From a bacterium BMS3Bbin05 (GTDB lineage: Bacteria > Nitrospirota > Thermodesulfovibrionia > Thermodesulfovibrionales > BMS3Bbin05), in contig BDTO01000020.1 in assembly GCA_002897855.1 (NCBI GenBank), forward strand, positions 4,254 to 68,253: a stretch of 64,000 bases of DNA. Direction: 5' to 3'. This document shows, one piece after another, positions 46,373 to 59,026 of this stretch (positions are counted from its first letter, which is position 1; every line of letters starts with the position of its first letter). Under the pieces are notes generated by a model that ran no database searches, had not been told where the DNA came from, and worked only from the letters and a program-made list of their open reading frames with translations. A program made the position numbers and the translations under genes.

Positions 46373-48252
46373 GGAGATGAATGCTGCCTGAGCAGGGACA
46401 TGACGCTGTTGCATATTCCATCTTCATCGAGTCCGTAGAGGTTTCTTAATATTTCCTGGGTTCCATGCTGTATAAAGGAATCGGGTAATCCCATAATTTT
46501 GATCGTCACATTCGTCAAATCAAGCCTGTTGAATTCTTCAAGAACGGCGCTTCCAAATCCCCCGGCAACGGCATTTTCCTCTACTATCAGCAAATATCCC
46601 GTTTTTTTGCCTATTGACGAAATGGTACCAATATCGAGAGGTTTTATGAATCTGGCGTTTACAACGGTCGCTCCGATGCCTGCATTCCTGAGTTTTCTTG
46701 ATGCCAGATAGGCCGGGTAGACGGTGTTTCCGATCGCAATAATGCCGATATCGTCACCTTCGGTAATGATTTCGGCCTCACCCATCCTGACATCGTTGAC
46801 AGTCAGGATGTCGAGTTCTTCAATTATCTTGCCCCTCGGATATCTGATCGCAGATGCTTCATCAATCCCGAGCGCCAATGAGAACATCTGTTTCATCTCT
46901 ATGCGGTTCTTGGGTGCCATTATACACAGGTTAGGTATGTGTCTGAGATATGAAATATCGAAAACACCGTGATGTGTCGGTCCGTCATCGCCGACGATAC
47001 CAGCCCTGTCAATAGCAAAAATTACAGGTAAATGCTGGAGACAGACATCATGTATAATTTCATCATATGCACGCTGTAAAAAAGTTGAATAAATCGCCAC
47101 AACGGGCCTGAGTCCCTGCGTTGCAAGACCCGCCGCGAATGTAACGGCATGAGGCTCTGCGATACCGACATCATAAAACCTTTCCGGAAATGTTTTGGCA
47201 AATTCCTTCAGCCCGGTTCCCTCTTCCATTGCAGCCGTTATTGCCACGACCCTGGGGTCTTTATATGCAAGCTCGGTAAGGGTATCGCCAAAAACCCGGC
47301 TGAAAGAAGGAGCCTTTGCGCATCTCTTCTTTTCCCCGGTCTCTATCTCAAACGGCCCTATGCCGTGAAATCTGCATGGATTTTCTTCCGCGAATTCATA
47401 ACCCTTGCCCTTTTTCGTTATAACATGAAGAATTGTGGGTGCGGAGTTGTTTCTTATTCTTTGCAGGTTTTCGATAAGTTTTTCAATATTATGTCCATCT
47501 ATCGGCCCTACATAGTTGAACCCGAGTTCTTCGAATATTATACCGTGAAGAAACATGGTTTTAAATGAATCCTCGATCTTCTGGGCAATCTTTGAGACAG
47601 CGCCTCCAAGTCTGGGGATACTTTCTATCAGGTTCCTTGTGTCTTTTTTCAGTCTCTGGTAAAAGTCTCCCGTCAAGAGCCGGCTGAGATATGAAGATAG
47701 CGCGCCGACATTCCTGGAAATCGACATCTCGTTATCATTAAGTATTACTATCAGATCTTTTTTTAGATGGCCGGCATTGTTTAGACCTTCAAAGGCGAGG
47801 CCCGCCGTCATTGCACCGTCACCGATTACGGCAAGTACCTTGAAATCATTGCCCGTCCTGTCCCTTCCTTCAAGGATGCCGAGAGCAGCTGATATGGAAG
47901 TGGAACTGTGGCCTGTGCCGAATGCATCATATCTGCTTTCGCTTCTTCTGGGGAAACCGGAAATGCCTCCAAACTTCCTGAGAGTATGAAAGTCGTTACC
48001 TCTCCCGGTCAGCAATTTGTGAGTGTAACACTGGTGCCCGACATCCCAGACAATCCTGTCTCTGGAAAAGTCGAATACATAATTCATCGCAATTGTCAGT
48101 TCTACCACACCGAGATTGGATGCAAGATGGCCGCCGTTTATCGAGACCCTCTCCACAATCATATCCCTGATCTCTGCGGAAAGCCTGACAAGGTCCTCTA
48201 TCGTCAGCTCTTTTATGTCTTCAGGCGTGTTTATTCCGTTTATCAGTTCCAT
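46369..48252 (-). CDS. dxs: 1-deoxy-D-xylulose-5-phosphate synthase
   Basis: GHSSTSISAALG and GDGAMTAG thiamine-diphosphate motifs; 627 aa. Confidence 0.96.
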   Translation of the reverse strand: MELINGINTPEDIKELTIEDLVRLSAEIRDMIVERVSINGGHLASNLGVVELTIAMNYVFDFSRDRIVWDVGHQCYTHKLLTGRGNDFHTLRKFGGISGFPRRSESRYDAFGTGHSSTSISAALGILEGRDRTGNDFKVLAVIGDGAMTAGLAFEGLNNAGHLKKDLIVILNDNEMSISRNVGALSSYLSRLLTGDFYQRLKKDTRNLIESIPRLGGAVSKIAQKIEDSFKTMFLHGIIFEELGFNYVGPIDGHNIEKLIENLQRIRNNSAPTILHVITKKGKGYEFAEENPCRFHGIGPFEIETGEKKRCAKAPSFSRVFGDTLTELAYKDPRVVAITAAMEEGTGLKEFAKTFPERFYDVGIAEPHAVTFAAGLATQGLRPVVAIYSTFLQRAYDEIIHDVCLQHLPVIFAIDRAGIVGDDGPTHHGVFDISYLRHIPNLCIMAPKNRIEMKQMFSLALGIDEASAIRYPRGKIIEELDILTVNDVRMGEAEIITEGDDIGIIAIGNTVYPAYLASRKLRNAGIGATVVNARFIKPLDIGTISSIGKKTGYLLIVEENAVAGGFGSAVLEEFNRLDLTNVTIKIMGLPDSFIQHGTQEILRNLYGLDEDGICNSVMSLLRQHSSP

Positions 48253-48316
48253 GTTGTTTTTTATTATACTTTATACGGTGTTCGGTAGTCGACAGCAAAA
48301 TTATCTTTTTCAGTTG

Positions 48317-49204
48317 TCAGCTTGTTCTTGTAAGAAGATAACCGGCTATGGATACAAGGGTATCGGGATTTCCATTGATCTTTTTTATGCTTCTAACCGC
48401 ATCCTCTATCAGCCCCCCGGCAATGTTTTTTGACTCTTTCGTGCCATAGACCGAGGGATATGTCATCTTGTGACTCTTTTTATCCGAACCGCTCGGCTTT
48501 CCGAGTTCCTCCGTGCTGGATTCAATATCGAGGACATCATCAATGACCTGAAATGCAAGGCCGATTTTTTCGCCGTATACGGCAATATGTGTGATGGTGT
48601 CTGTATCCGCATCAGAAAGAATTGCGCCGATCTTGGCCGAAGCCCTTATGAGAGCCGCCGTCTTGCTGGAATGAATAAAATTTACCGTATCTTTATCCGG
48701 AGTTAATTTTTCTGAAATTATGTCCTGTGCCTGGCCTGCAACCATACCCATGACGCCGGCTGCGGATGCAAGTTCATGGATGCCCGAAAGCAGCCTGCCG
48801 GTTGGGATATTATTATTTTGCGAGAAAATCCTGAAGGCATCCGTAAGAAGTGCATCACCTGCCAGTATTGCCATTGCCTCGCCGAACATGATGTGACTGG
48901 TCGGCTTCCCTCGTCTAAGGTCGTCATTATCCATGGCCGGCAGATCGTCATGTATAAGAGAGTATGTGTGAATAAGCTCTATGGCACACGCCTGGGGCAG
49001 AATATCTTCGCCATGACCTCCGCAGGCTTCATATGCAGTGAGGCAGAGTATCGGGCGGATGCGTTTCCCGCCTGCAAGAAGGGAATATTTCATCGCATCA
49101 TGCAGAACGCCGGGAGAAAAAGGTTTAATCAGATATGATTCAAGAAATGAATTAACCAGATTCTCTTTCTGTTGAAGATATCCCTTAACAGAATTCATTC
49201 CCAT
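48317..49204 (-). CDS. ispA: (2E,6E)-farnesyl/geranylgeranyl diphosphate synthase
   Basis: [14 protein letters not shown] and VIDDVLD aspartate-rich motifs. Confidence 0.92.
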   Translation of the reverse strand: MGMNSVKGYLQQKENLVNSFLESYLIKPFSPGVLHDAMKYSLLAGGKRIRPILCLTAYEACGGHGEDILPQACAIELIHTYSLIHDDLPAMDNDDLRRGKPTSHIMFGEAMAILAGDALLTDAFRIFSQNNNIPTGRLLSGIHELASAAGVMGMVAGQAQDIISEKLTPDKDTVNFIHSSKTAALIRASAKIGAILSDADTDTITHIAVYGEKIGLAFQVIDDVLDIESSTEELGKPSGSDKKSHKMTYPSVYGTKESKNIAGGLIEDAVRSIKKINGNPDTLVSIAGYLLTRTS

Positions 49205-50733
49205 TCTATGGTGCTCGGGGGTTTTGAGCTTATGTCGTACACAACCCTGTTGACACCGTCTACCTCATTGATGATCCTGTTTGATATCCTGCCGAGCAGA
49301 TCATGAGGCAGCTTGACCCAGTCAGCCGTCATACCGTCAACACTGTTGACCGCTCTTATCGCCATGGTGTAATCATAAGTCCTTTCGTCGCCCATGACAC
49401 CGACTGTTTTTAACGGAATCAGTACGGCAAATGACTGCCATATATTTCTGTATAGCCCTGCAGCCTTTATTTCTTCAAGTACGATTGCATCGGCTTCTCT
49501 GAGGATATTAAGACGTCTTTCCGTTATTTCACCAAGGCATCTTATTGCGAGCCCCGGGCCGGGAAACGGTTGCCGCCAGCATATCTCATCCGGGAGGCCA
49601 AGTTCCTTACCTGCTTCTCTAACCTCGTCCTTGAACAGTTCCCTCAGAGGTTCAATAAGCTTTAATTTCATTATTTCGGGGAGTCCGCCGACATTATGAT
49701 GCGATTTTATTGTAGCAGAAGGGCCCTTGAATGAAACACTTTCAATTACGTCCGGATATAAAGTACCCTGTGCGAGATATTCAACATCACTGATCCTGTA
49801 TGCTTCTTCCTCGAAGACGGCAATAAATTCATTTCCGATTATTTTTCTCTTTTCTTCCGGGTTCGTAATACCTTTAAGTTTGGAGAGAAACCTTTCTTCG
49901 GCGTCGACGACGATCAGGTTGATGCGGAAGTTTTTTTCAAAGGTCTCTATGACCTTTTCTCTTTCGCCCTTTCTCAGTAATCCGTTATCCACAAATATGC
50001 ATGTAAGCCTGTCCCCGACGGCCTTATGCACCAGTACGGCTACAACGGATGAATCGACGCCACCGCTCAGCGCACAGATAACATTGCCTTTTCCGGTTTT
50101 GTCCTTTATATCCCTTACCGCCCATTCTATGAATGAGGACATTTCCCATACCGGTTTGCACCTGCAGACATTGAACAGGAAGTTTTTCAGTATTTCCGTT
50201 CCCCTCTCCGTATGGACTACCTCGGGATGAAACTGCAATGCATAGAAATGTCTGCTTCTGTCGGCCATTGCGGCACAGGGTGAATTGACGGTATGCGCGA
50301 TCAGGTTGAATCCTTCAGGCCGTCTCTCGATCCTGTCGGCATGGCTCATCCACACAACTGAACCATTATTTATTCCTTTGAATATATCTTCAGTATCGTC
50401 TACGATTATCTCTGCACGCCCGTACTCTCTCCTGACAGCCCTTTGAACAGCCCCCCCCAGCATAAACGTCATTACCTGCATCCCGTAACATATACCGAGT
50501 ACCGGAATCCCCAGATCAAATATCCCCTTATCGGGTATCGGCGCCTCCGGATCGTGGACGCTCGAGGGGCCGCCTGAGAGTATTATACCTTTGGGCCTGA
50601 ACTCCCTTATCTTGTTTATGGGAGCATTGAACGGGAATATTTCAGAATAGACTCTCTGCTCCCTCACCCTTCTTGCAATAAGCTGGGTATATTGTGAACC
50701 AAAGTCAAGGACAAGAATTTTTTCTTCGTACAT
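49195..50733 (-). CDS. guaA: GMP synthase (glutamine-hydrolysing)
   Basis: GATase domain (GICYGMQ), ATP-PPase SGGVDSS motif and C-terminal dimerisation domain. Confidence 0.97.
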   Translation of the reverse strand: MYEEKILVLDFGSQYTQLIARRVREQRVYSEIFPFNAPINKIREFRPKGIILSGGPSSVHDPEAPIPDKGIFDLGIPVLGICYGMQVMTFMLGGAVQRAVRREYGRAEIIVDDTEDIFKGINNGSVVWMSHADRIERRPEGFNLIAHTVNSPCAAMADRSRHFYALQFHPEVVHTERGTEILKNFLFNVCRCKPVWEMSSFIEWAVRDIKDKTGKGNVICALSGGVDSSVVAVLVHKAVGDRLTCIFVDNGLLRKGEREKVIETFEKNFRINLIVVDAEERFLSKLKGITNPEEKRKIIGNEFIAVFEEEAYRISDVEYLAQGTLYPDVIESVSFKGPSATIKSHHNVGGLPEIMKLKLIEPLRELFKDEVREAGKELGLPDEICWRQPFPGPGLAIRCLGEITERRLNILREADAIVLEEIKAAGLYRNIWQSFAVLIPLKTVGVMGDERTYDYTMAIRAVNSVDGMTADWVKLPHDLLGRISNRIINEVDGVNRVVYDISSKPPSTIEWE

Positions 50734-50848
50734 TTATCTTCTTTCCCGTATGCGTGGAACCCGTACGGACAAGTGATTATTCCTCTCTATAGAGATGGAA
50801 AAATGGGGGCGGCAAGGTTAGTCCGTGCAAGCCGCTGACTTGAGTATT

Positions 50849-52312
<1,464 letters not shown>

Positions 52313-52385
52313 CTAATCCCCTTTTTTATTTTTTAAAATTTTAACATTTTAAAATTTCTGAAATCAAATCACCTATATTTTTTAC

Positions 52386-52415
52386 TTGACACTTGGTTCA
52401 GTTTTGAAGTATATT
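52386..52415 (+). promoter_or_regulatory. candidate promoter, TTGACA-18-TATATT, upstream of the c7-type cytochromes
   Basis: TTGACA at 52386-52391 and TATATT at 52410-52415, in the guaB/cytochrome divergent region. Confidence 0.4.
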
Positions 52416-52568
52416 TTTGCCATACTTATTCCGCTCATGGGAAATTAATCCTTATTTGAGGAATAAGTTTGATAAATAAGTTATTGATTTTTAAATAAAT
52501 ATTTCCGGCGTGTTTTTTGATGTCTGTTTGATAACAGCGATATTCCGGAATGAAAGGAGGTGAAAAAA

Positions 52569-52877
52569 TTGAAAAAATATCTCATTCTGGCCTTAGCCCT
52601 GGTTTTCGCAGTAGCTTTTATCGGTTCGGCTCTTGCTGTTCCTCCCGGTAAGACTCTCACATTCAAGAGTCCGATGGGTAAGGTGGTGTTCAGCGGCAAA
52701 AAGCATGCTGATGCTGGTAAGAAGTGTAATGATTGTCACCCTAAAATCTTCAAGATGAAGAAGGGTGCGGACAAGATCACCATGAAGGATATCAGGGCCG
52801 GAAAGTTCTGCGGCACCTGCCATAATGGCAAGATTGCATTTAAGACAACAAACTGCAAAAAGTGTCATGTAAAGTAA
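52569..52877 (+). CDS. triheme c7-type cytochrome, copy 1 (TTG start 8 nt after AGGAGG)
   Basis: Signal peptide and three CxxCH motifs (CNDCH, CGTCH, CKKCH). F.GKKH...C..CH layout. Confidence 0.85.
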   Translation: MKKYLILALALVFAVAFIGSALAVPPGKTLTFKSPMGKVVFSGKKHADAGKKCNDCHPKIFKMKKGADKITMKDIRAGKFCGTCHNGKIAFKTTNCKKCHVK

Positions 52878-52890
52878 AAGGGGGTTTAAC

Positions 52891-53226
52891 ATGAAAAAGG
52901 CAGTTATATTGGCTTTGACTCTAATTATTGCCGTAGCATTTGTCAGCATTGTTTATGCAGTACCGCCCGGCAAGACTCTGACGTTTAAAGCCGGGAAGAT
53001 GGGTAAGGTTATATTCAGTGGCAAGAAACACGCTGATAAAGGTCTCAAGTGCAATAATTGCCATCCTAAAATCTTCAAGATGAAGAAGGGTGCGGACAAG
53101 ATTACCATGAAGGATATCAGGGCCGGAAAGTTCTGCGGCACTTGCCATAACGGAACCAGAGCCTTCAAGCCAACCAACTGCAAGAAGTGCCATCACAAGA
53201 AGAAAAGAGTGATCAAGGGTTGTTAA
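52891..53226 (+). CDS. triheme c7-type cytochrome, copy 2 (tandem paralog)
   Basis: Same architecture as copy 1. An approximately 88-nt stretch (53065-53152) is nearly identical to 52739-52826. Confidence 0.88.
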   Translation: MKKAVILALTLIIAVAFVSIVYAVPPGKTLTFKAGKMGKVIFSGKKHADKGLKCNNCHPKIFKMKKGADKITMKDIRAGKFCGTCHNGTRAFKPTNCKKCHHKKKRVIKGC

Positions 53227-53246
53227 TTAATTTAGCGTTGTAACGT

Positions 53247-53277
53247 AAGAAGGGGACTCGGATTGAGCCCCCTTCTT
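53247..53277. terminator. strong hairpin between the convergent cytochrome and ilvE genes
   Basis: AAGAAGGGG ... CCCCTTCTT stem with inner GACTC/GAG pairing. No clean U-tract on either strand. Confidence 0.45.
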
Positions 53278-53313
53278 ATTATCGGCATTTTGAATCGATA
53301 CCGCAGTTAATGA

Positions 53314-54225
53314 TCAGATGTACGTCAGCCAGTGAGAATATTTCTTGTTTTTGCCCTTTACGGCATCAAAAAATATGTGCTGGATTTTTTTGGTTATTTC
53401 TCCGGGGGCCCCGTTTCCTATTGATCGTTTATCAAGTTCTATAATCGGTGTAATCTCCGCAGCGGTTCCGCTGAAAAAAGCCTCATCCGAGATGTAAGCC
53501 TCATCCCGTGTAAACCTGGACTCTGTCAGTTCAATTCCCTCATTCCCTGCAATCTCGATAACGCTTTCCCTTGTAATACCCTCGAGAATTGATGTAAGAG
53601 GAGTGGTCTTGAGTCTGCCGTGCCTTACTATAAATACGTTTTCACCGCTGCCCTCCGATACGTAACCTTCGGGGTCAAGCAGGAGCGCTTCATCAAACCC
53701 GCATAAAATCGCCTCTCTCTTCGCAAGCTGTGATGTTACATAGTAGCCGCTTACTTTGGCCCTTGCCATGTTCGAATTAACACTGCTCCTTACGAACGAA
53801 GACGTTTTGACCCTTATGCCGTTTCTGATCCCGTCTTCTCCAAGATAGCTTCCCCACGGCCAGACCGCTATGGCTAAATTTATAGAGTTGTCTTCCACAT
53901 AAAGCCCCATACCGCCGTTGCCGATGTATACAAGTGGCCTTATATAACATTCTTTCAGGTTATTGGCCTTTATGGTTTCTTTTACTGCCAGTGTAATGTC
54001 ATTCTCGGAATACGGTATATCGAGCATAAAAATATGTGCAGATTTAAAAAGTCGTTGTATGTGTTCATCAAGCCGGAAGACTGCAGGACCCGAAGCCGTA
54101 TCATAACACCTTATGCCTTCGAAGAGTCCGAGGCCATAATGAAGGGTATGGCTGAGTACATGGACATTGGCATTGTCCCAATCAACAAGTTCGCCGTTCA
54201 TCCAGATTTTTTCTGACTTAACCAT
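53314..54225 (-). CDS. ilvE: branched-chain amino acid aminotransferase (class IV)
   Basis: Fold type IV aminotransferase pattern ([17 protein letters not shown]....LEGITR); 303 aa. Confidence 0.92.
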   Translation of the reverse strand: MVKSEKIWMNGELVDWDNANVHVLSHTLHYGLGLFEGIRCYDTASGPAVFRLDEHIQRLFKSAHIFMLDIPYSENDITLAVKETIKANNLKECYIRPLVYIGNGGMGLYVEDNSINLAIAVWPWGSYLGEDGIRNGIRVKTSSFVRSSVNSNMARAKVSGYYVTSQLAKREAILCGFDEALLLDPEGYVSEGSGENVFIVRHGRLKTTPLTSILEGITRESVIEIAGNEGIELTESRFTRDEAYISDEAFFSGTAAEITPIIELDKRSIGNGAPGEITKKIQHIFFDAVKGKNKKYSHWLTYI

Positions 54226-54323
54226 GTTGTATTTTATAACAGTTATCCGAAAGAAGAGTCAATAACCCGGTTTGACTGATAAATGTGTTTGTCTAAAGCG
54301 GTTAAAAGGGGTTAGAATATTTT

Positions 54324-55631
54324 ATGATTATCAGTGTGGTAGGCGGAGGCCTTGCCGGTTCAGAAGCTGCATGGCAGGCGTCACGATCAGGCATGAAAGT
54401 CAGGCTTTATGAGATGAGGCCGGCGAAATCCAGCGCTGCTCATAAAACCGGTTGTCTTGGTGAACTTGTATGCTCGAACTCTCTGAGGTCTGATGACCCG
54501 GTCACGCCTTCCGGGGTTCTCAAGAGAGAACTCGAGATGGCAGGTTCATTGATAATGGAATCCGCAAGAATCAACAGCGTGCCCGCTGGAAGTGCACTTG
54601 CCGTTGACAGAAATCTGTTCTCTGAATACATAAGCGATATGATTGCGGATAATCCGTATATAGAGATTATCAGGAAGGAAGTATCTTCCATACCGGCAGG
54701 GTGTTGTGTTGTTGCAACCGGACCGCTCACGTCTGAGGCCATGGCATCTGCCATCGGCTCACTGGTTGACAGCAGATATCTCTATTTCCATGATGCGATC
54801 GCACCGATTGTCAGCGCTGATTCAATTGACTTCTCAAAGGCGTTTTATGCCTCGAGATACGGCAAAGGGAGCGCTGATTATATCAATTGCCCGATGGAAG
54901 AAGATGAGTACAACATTTTTTATGATGAGTTGATAAAAGCAGACAGGGTTAATTTGAAAGAATTTGATAACATCAGGGTATTTCAGGGTTGCATGCCTGT
55001 TGAGGTTATGGCAGAGAGGGGTCGGGATTCTCTGAGATTCGGCCCGATGAAGCCTGTTGGACTGACAGACCCTTTAACGGGGAAGATGCCGTATGCTGTT
55101 GTACAGTTGCGCGCGGAAAACAGGTACAGGTCTGCCTATAATATGGTAGGATTTCAATGTAGAATAAAATGGCCTGAACAGAGGCGTGTATTCAGGTTGA
55201 TACCCGGACTTGAGCACGGAGAGTTTCTGCGATACGGCAGTATCCACAGAAATACATTTATCAATTCCCCCCTTTTTATAAGTAATGATTTGTCTTTTTC
55301 GGCGAGGAGTGATGTTTATATAGCCGGACAGCTAAGCGGAGTGGAAGGATATCTGGAGTCTACGGCAATAGGCCTGGTTGCAGGTATAAATGCATCGGGA
55401 AATCTCCTTGGCCTTAAATATGTTCCCGTACCTGAAACAACGGCTCATGGTGCACTTGTAAGATATATTACTGAATCCGGGAGCAGGAATTTTCAGCCCG
55501 GTAACATAAATATCGGCCTGTTTCCGCCACTTGACGGGAAAATAAAGGATAAGAAACTGAAAAGGAAGAAGATAGCGGAAAGGGCGCTGCAGGACTGGCG
55601 GGAATATCTCGATAAATTAAAAGATCGATGA
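54324..55631 (+). CDS. trmFO: methylenetetrahydrofolate-tRNA-(U54-C5)-methyltransferase TrmFO
   Basis: GGGLAGSEAAWQ FAD motif and Gid-family length. Followed by xerC-hslVU. Confidence 0.93.
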   Translation: MIISVVGGGLAGSEAAWQASRSGMKVRLYEMRPAKSSAAHKTGCLGELVCSNSLRSDDPVTPSGVLKRELEMAGSLIMESARINSVPAGSALAVDRNLFSEYISDMIADNPYIEIIRKEVSSIPAGCCVVATGPLTSEAMASAIGSLVDSRYLYFHDAIAPIVSADSIDFSKAFYASRYGKGSADYINCPMEEDEYNIFYDELIKADRVNLKEFDNIRVFQGCMPVEVMAERGRDSLRFGPMKPVGLTDPLTGKMPYAVVQLRAENRYRSAYNMVGFQCRIKWPEQRRVFRLIPGLEHGEFLRYGSIHRNTFINSPLFISNDLSFSARSDVYIAGQLSGVEGYLESTAIGLVAGINASGNLLGLKYVPVPETTAHGALVRYITESGSRNFQPGNINIGLFPPLDGKIKDKKLKRKKIAERALQDWREYLDKLKDR

Positions 55632-55787
55632 AATACTGAAAAGTCCGGATTTACCGCTGAGAACGCCGGGGTGCCGGATCAAAATTAAAGAGTTTATCTC
55701 TGCGGGATTTACGGCCCCGGCGGTAGAAAAAGCTTCTTTACGACTTTGTCAAAAGATTGGTAATGAGATCATTTCAGGATATTCATT

Positions 55788-56705
55788 ATGAATGAAGACA
55801 GGAAAAATCCGGAATATTTAGATGGTTTTCTTAGATATCTAAGGGCCGAAAGAGGAGTTTCCAGCCATACACTCCGCGCTTACAAAAAAGACCTTGAGCT
55901 CTATTTTAAAGTGATCTCTGATGGCAATGTCAGAGAGACGGATGTCCTTGATATAAGGGGATTTGTTGTGTCGCAGGTAGATAAAGGTCTGAGCAGGACG
56001 ACAGTTTCAAGAAGGCTTGCATCTGTAAAATCATTTTATAATTTTCTTTGCAGGGAGGGCATAATGGACCACAATCCGGCAAAGCTCGTTCCGTCTCCGA
56101 AACTGCATCGAAATCCTCCGTTATTTCTCTCGGTTGACGACGCCTTCGGACTTGTTGAGAAACCTGAAGGCGTGGGCTTTATTCCGGTCAGAAACAGGGC
56201 GATACTTGAACTGCTCTATTCCAGCGGGATAAGAGTCGGTGAACTTGTTTCCCTGAATATGGATGATATTAATCTCAGGGAAGCCATGATAAAGGCTCTG
56301 GGCAAGGGGAAAAAAGAGCGTCTTGTTCCGATCGGAGGTGCTGCAGTTGATGCAATAAAATCATATATCGTAGAGCGCCTTCTGCTGAAAAGAAAACAAA
56401 AGGCGCTTTTTCTGAACAGAAACGGAGGCAGGCTTACCGGGCGGAGTATAAGAAGGATTGTAGTGCGATATGCAAGGGAGCTCGGTATCAGCGGCAAAAT
56501 AGGCCCGCATACACTGAGACATACTTTTGCGACTCATCTCCTTCAGGGAGGCGCCGATCTAAGGGTAATACAGGAACTGCTTGGTCATGCAAGCCTTTCG
56601 ACAACACAGAAATACACGCACCTGGATATAAAACACCTCATGGACGTCTATGACAGTGCGCATCCACTTGCCGACAGGGATAAGAGTGATGATAATACAA
56701 ACTGA
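55788..56705 (+). CDS. xerC: tyrosine recombinase XerC/CodV type
   Basis: Catalytic region HTLRHTFATHLL..GADLRVIQELLGH...TQKYTH. Confidence 0.9.
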   Translation: MNEDRKNPEYLDGFLRYLRAERGVSSHTLRAYKKDLELYFKVISDGNVRETDVLDIRGFVVSQVDKGLSRTTVSRRLASVKSFYNFLCREGIMDHNPAKLVPSPKLHRNPPLFLSVDDAFGLVEKPEGVGFIPVRNRAILELLYSSGIRVGELVSLNMDDINLREAMIKALGKGKKERLVPIGGAAVDAIKSYIVERLLLKRKQKALFLNRNGGRLTGRSIRRIVVRYARELGISGKIGPHTLRHTFATHLLQGGADLRVIQELLGHASLSTTQKYTHLDIKHLMDVYDSAHPLADRDKSDDNTN

Positions 56706-56882
56706 GCCGGACATGAGGGCCTAATAAGCAAAGCCGGCTTTTTTTATACGATGTTCCCCGGCATTTTCAAGCTCATTACATTATGGTCACGAAACTTACT
56801 CTTCGGGTTTCCCGAAACAAGTTCGGGACCGCGGCCGCTCCATTTCACAAGGGACCGTTACCGGAAAATATCGAATGCCCCT

Positions 56883-57036
56883 TAAGTAGAGTCTGTCCAT
56901 AAAGACAGTCCCTCTATCTGTCATTCCGGCAGTCCTTAAGCCGGAATCTATTCTTTTCAATAAGTTCCGGATGCCCCGAACGCTTTCGGGACATGACGCA
57001 AATAAAAAACAGCAGTTTATACACAGACTCTAAGTA
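56883..57036 (-). mobile_element. MITE-like element, family A copy 3 (core 56889-57030), inverted, flanked by TAAGTA direct repeats
   Basis: Its reverse complement is collinear with copy 1. TAAGTA lies on both flanks, whereas the other copies have TAAATA. Confidence 0.75.
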
Positions 57037-57147
57037 CGTTTTGCTTATCGCCGGCTTTCGCATCAGCTGAAATCTTGCTACAATATCCGGGGTTGTTTTA
57101 TTATTAAAGTTGTTATATGATTATTCGAAAAATATCATGAGGTGAAT

Positions 57148-57675
57148 ATGTTCAGAGGTACGACAATACTTTGTCTAATGAAAAACGGGAAGGTCTGTAT
57201 CGGCGGCGATGGACAGGTCACGATGGGCAATACCGTTCTTAAACGCAATGCCAGAAAGATTCGTAAAATGTATAACGATAGGGTGCTTGCTGGATTTGCG
57301 GGTGCCACGGCGGATGCCTTTACTCTTTTTGAAAAATTCGAGGAAAAACTGGAATCGTACAGGGGTAATATTACCAGGGCAGCCGTTGAACTCGCCAAGG
57401 ACTGGAGGACCGACAAGATTCTCAGGAGACTCGAGGCGCTGCTGATAGTTGCAGACAATGCACATGTGCTTATTCTTTCAGGGACCGGCGATGTCATAGA
57501 ACCCGAAGATGGAATTGCCGCTATCGGTTCAGGCGGTCCTTATGCCCAGGCTGCAGCCAGGGCATTACGTGAAAATACGGACATGGAAACGAGAGATATC
57601 GTTGAGAAATCAATGACGATTGCTTCAGGTATATGCATATATACAAATGAAAATATATTAATAGAGGAGTTATAA
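57148..57675 (+). CDS. hslV: ATP-dependent protease subunit HslV (short propeptide MFRG before TT)
   Basis: [19 protein letters not shown] motif. ATG at 57148 follows GAGGTG. Confidence 0.95.
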   Translation: MFRGTTILCLMKNGKVCIGGDGQVTMGNTVLKRNARKIRKMYNDRVLAGFAGATADAFTLFEKFEEKLESYRGNITRAAVELAKDWRTDKILRRLEALLIVADNAHVLILSGTGDVIEPEDGIAAIGSGGPYAQAAARALRENTDMETRDIVEKSMTIASGICIYTNENILIEEL

Positions 57676-59019
57676 ATGGACACGCTTACGCCCAGGAAGA
57701 TCGTTGAAGAACTTGACAGTTTTATTATCGGACAGGATAATGCGAAGAGATCGGTTGCAATTGCCCTCAGGAACAGGTGGAGAAGGAAACAGCTCTCAGA
57801 AGACCTCAGGGATGAGGTTTTGCCGAAAAATATCATTATGATAGGGCCGACGGGTGTCGGCAAGACAGAGATAGCAAGAAGGTTGGCCCGGCTGTCAAGG
57901 GCCCCCTTTGTCAAGATAGAGGCTTCAAAGTTTACGGAAGTCGGGTATGTAGGCAGGGATGTTGAGTCCATGATCAGGGACCTGACAGGGATATCGATAA
58001 AGATGGTGAAGGATGAACATGTCCGGAAGGTGCAGGAAAAGGCGAAACAGCTTGCTGAAGAACGTATCCTTGATCTCCTGCTGCCTTTGCCGAAGCCGGT
58101 AAAGGGAAGTCTCGCAATCAAGGGCGAGGGGACGGAATCTCAATCGGATACCAGGGCAAAGCTCAGGAAACAATTGAGAGAGGGTAAATTTAACAATAAA
58201 TATGTGGATATAGATGTCAAGGAAAAAGTTATGCCGTTAGGGGTTATTTCAAATGTCGGCCTCGAGGAGCTTGAGATCAATCTGAAGGATATGCTCGGTA
58301 ATTTTTTCCCGGACAAGCCGAAGAGAAAAAAGGTCAAAATTGAAGATGCGCTGGTTATGCTCGCCCAGGAAGAGGCAAACAAGCTGGTCGACATGGATAA
58401 GATAACACGGGAGTCCATAGAAAGGGTGGAACAGAACGGCATAATATTTATAGATGAGATTGACAAGGTAGCAAGCAGGGGAAGCGCTCTGGGGCCTGAT
58501 GTCTCAAGGGAGGGTGTGCAGAGGGACCTTCTGCCTATAGTTGAAGGCACTACGGTTAACACAAAACATGGTGCGGTAAAAACAGACCATATACTTTTTA
58601 TTGCGGCAGGTGCCTTTCATGTAGCCAAACCATCCGATCTCATACCGGAGCTGCAGGGCCGTTTCCCTATCAGGGTAGAGCTCGATGCACTCGAAAAGGA
58701 TGATTTCGTGAGGATTCTGACGGAGCCGAGTAATGCCCTTATAAAACAGTATATCGCATTGCTGGAAACGGAAGGGGTCGGGATATCTTTTGGTGAAGAT
58801 GCCATCGATGAGATTGCTTCCATTGCAGCAAGCGTAAATGAAAAGACGGAGAATATCGGGGCCAGGAGGCTCCATACGGTGCTCGAGAAGCTTCTTGAAG
58901 ATATTTCTTTCGATGCACCCGAGAGAAAAAACAGCAGCGTCATGATAGATAGGAATTATGTTATGGATAAGTTATCCGAGATTATCAAGGATGAGGACTT
59001 GAGCCGCTACATTTTATGA
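57676..59019 (+). CDS. hslU: ATP-dependent protease ATPase subunit HslU
   Basis: [38 protein letters not shown]. Confidence 0.97.
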   Translation: MDTLTPRKIVEELDSFIIGQDNAKRSVAIALRNRWRRKQLSEDLRDEVLPKNIIMIGPTGVGKTEIARRLARLSRAPFVKIEASKFTEVGYVGRDVESMIRDLTGISIKMVKDEHVRKVQEKAKQLAEERILDLLLPLPKPVKGSLAIKGEGTESQSDTRAKLRKQLREGKFNNKYVDIDVKEKVMPLGVISNVGLEELEINLKDMLGNFFPDKPKRKKVKIEDALVMLAQEEANKLVDMDKITRESIERVEQNGIIFIDEIDKVASRGSALGPDVSREGVQRDLLPIVEGTTVNTKHGAVKTDHILFIAAGAFHVAKPSDLIPELQGRFPIRVELDALEKDDFVRILTEPSNALIKQYIALLETEGVGISFGEDAIDEIASIAASVNEKTENIGARRLHTVLEKLLEDISFDAPERKNSSVMIDRNYVMDKLSEIIKDEDLSRYIL

Positions 59020-59026
59020 GGCGCCG

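Noticed and set aside
55640-55745. TACCGC..CGCCGGGG / CCCCGGCGGTA long-range pairing after trmFO, considered as a terminator
   Set aside because: The loop is about 40 nt and there is no U-tract. It may be another repeat module, but I found no second copy in the window.
55788-56705. XerC as the recombinase acting on the flipped inverted-repeat cassettes
   Set aside because: It sits in the conserved trmFO-xerC-hslVU housekeeping context and is far from both cassettes. Nothing in the sequence links them.
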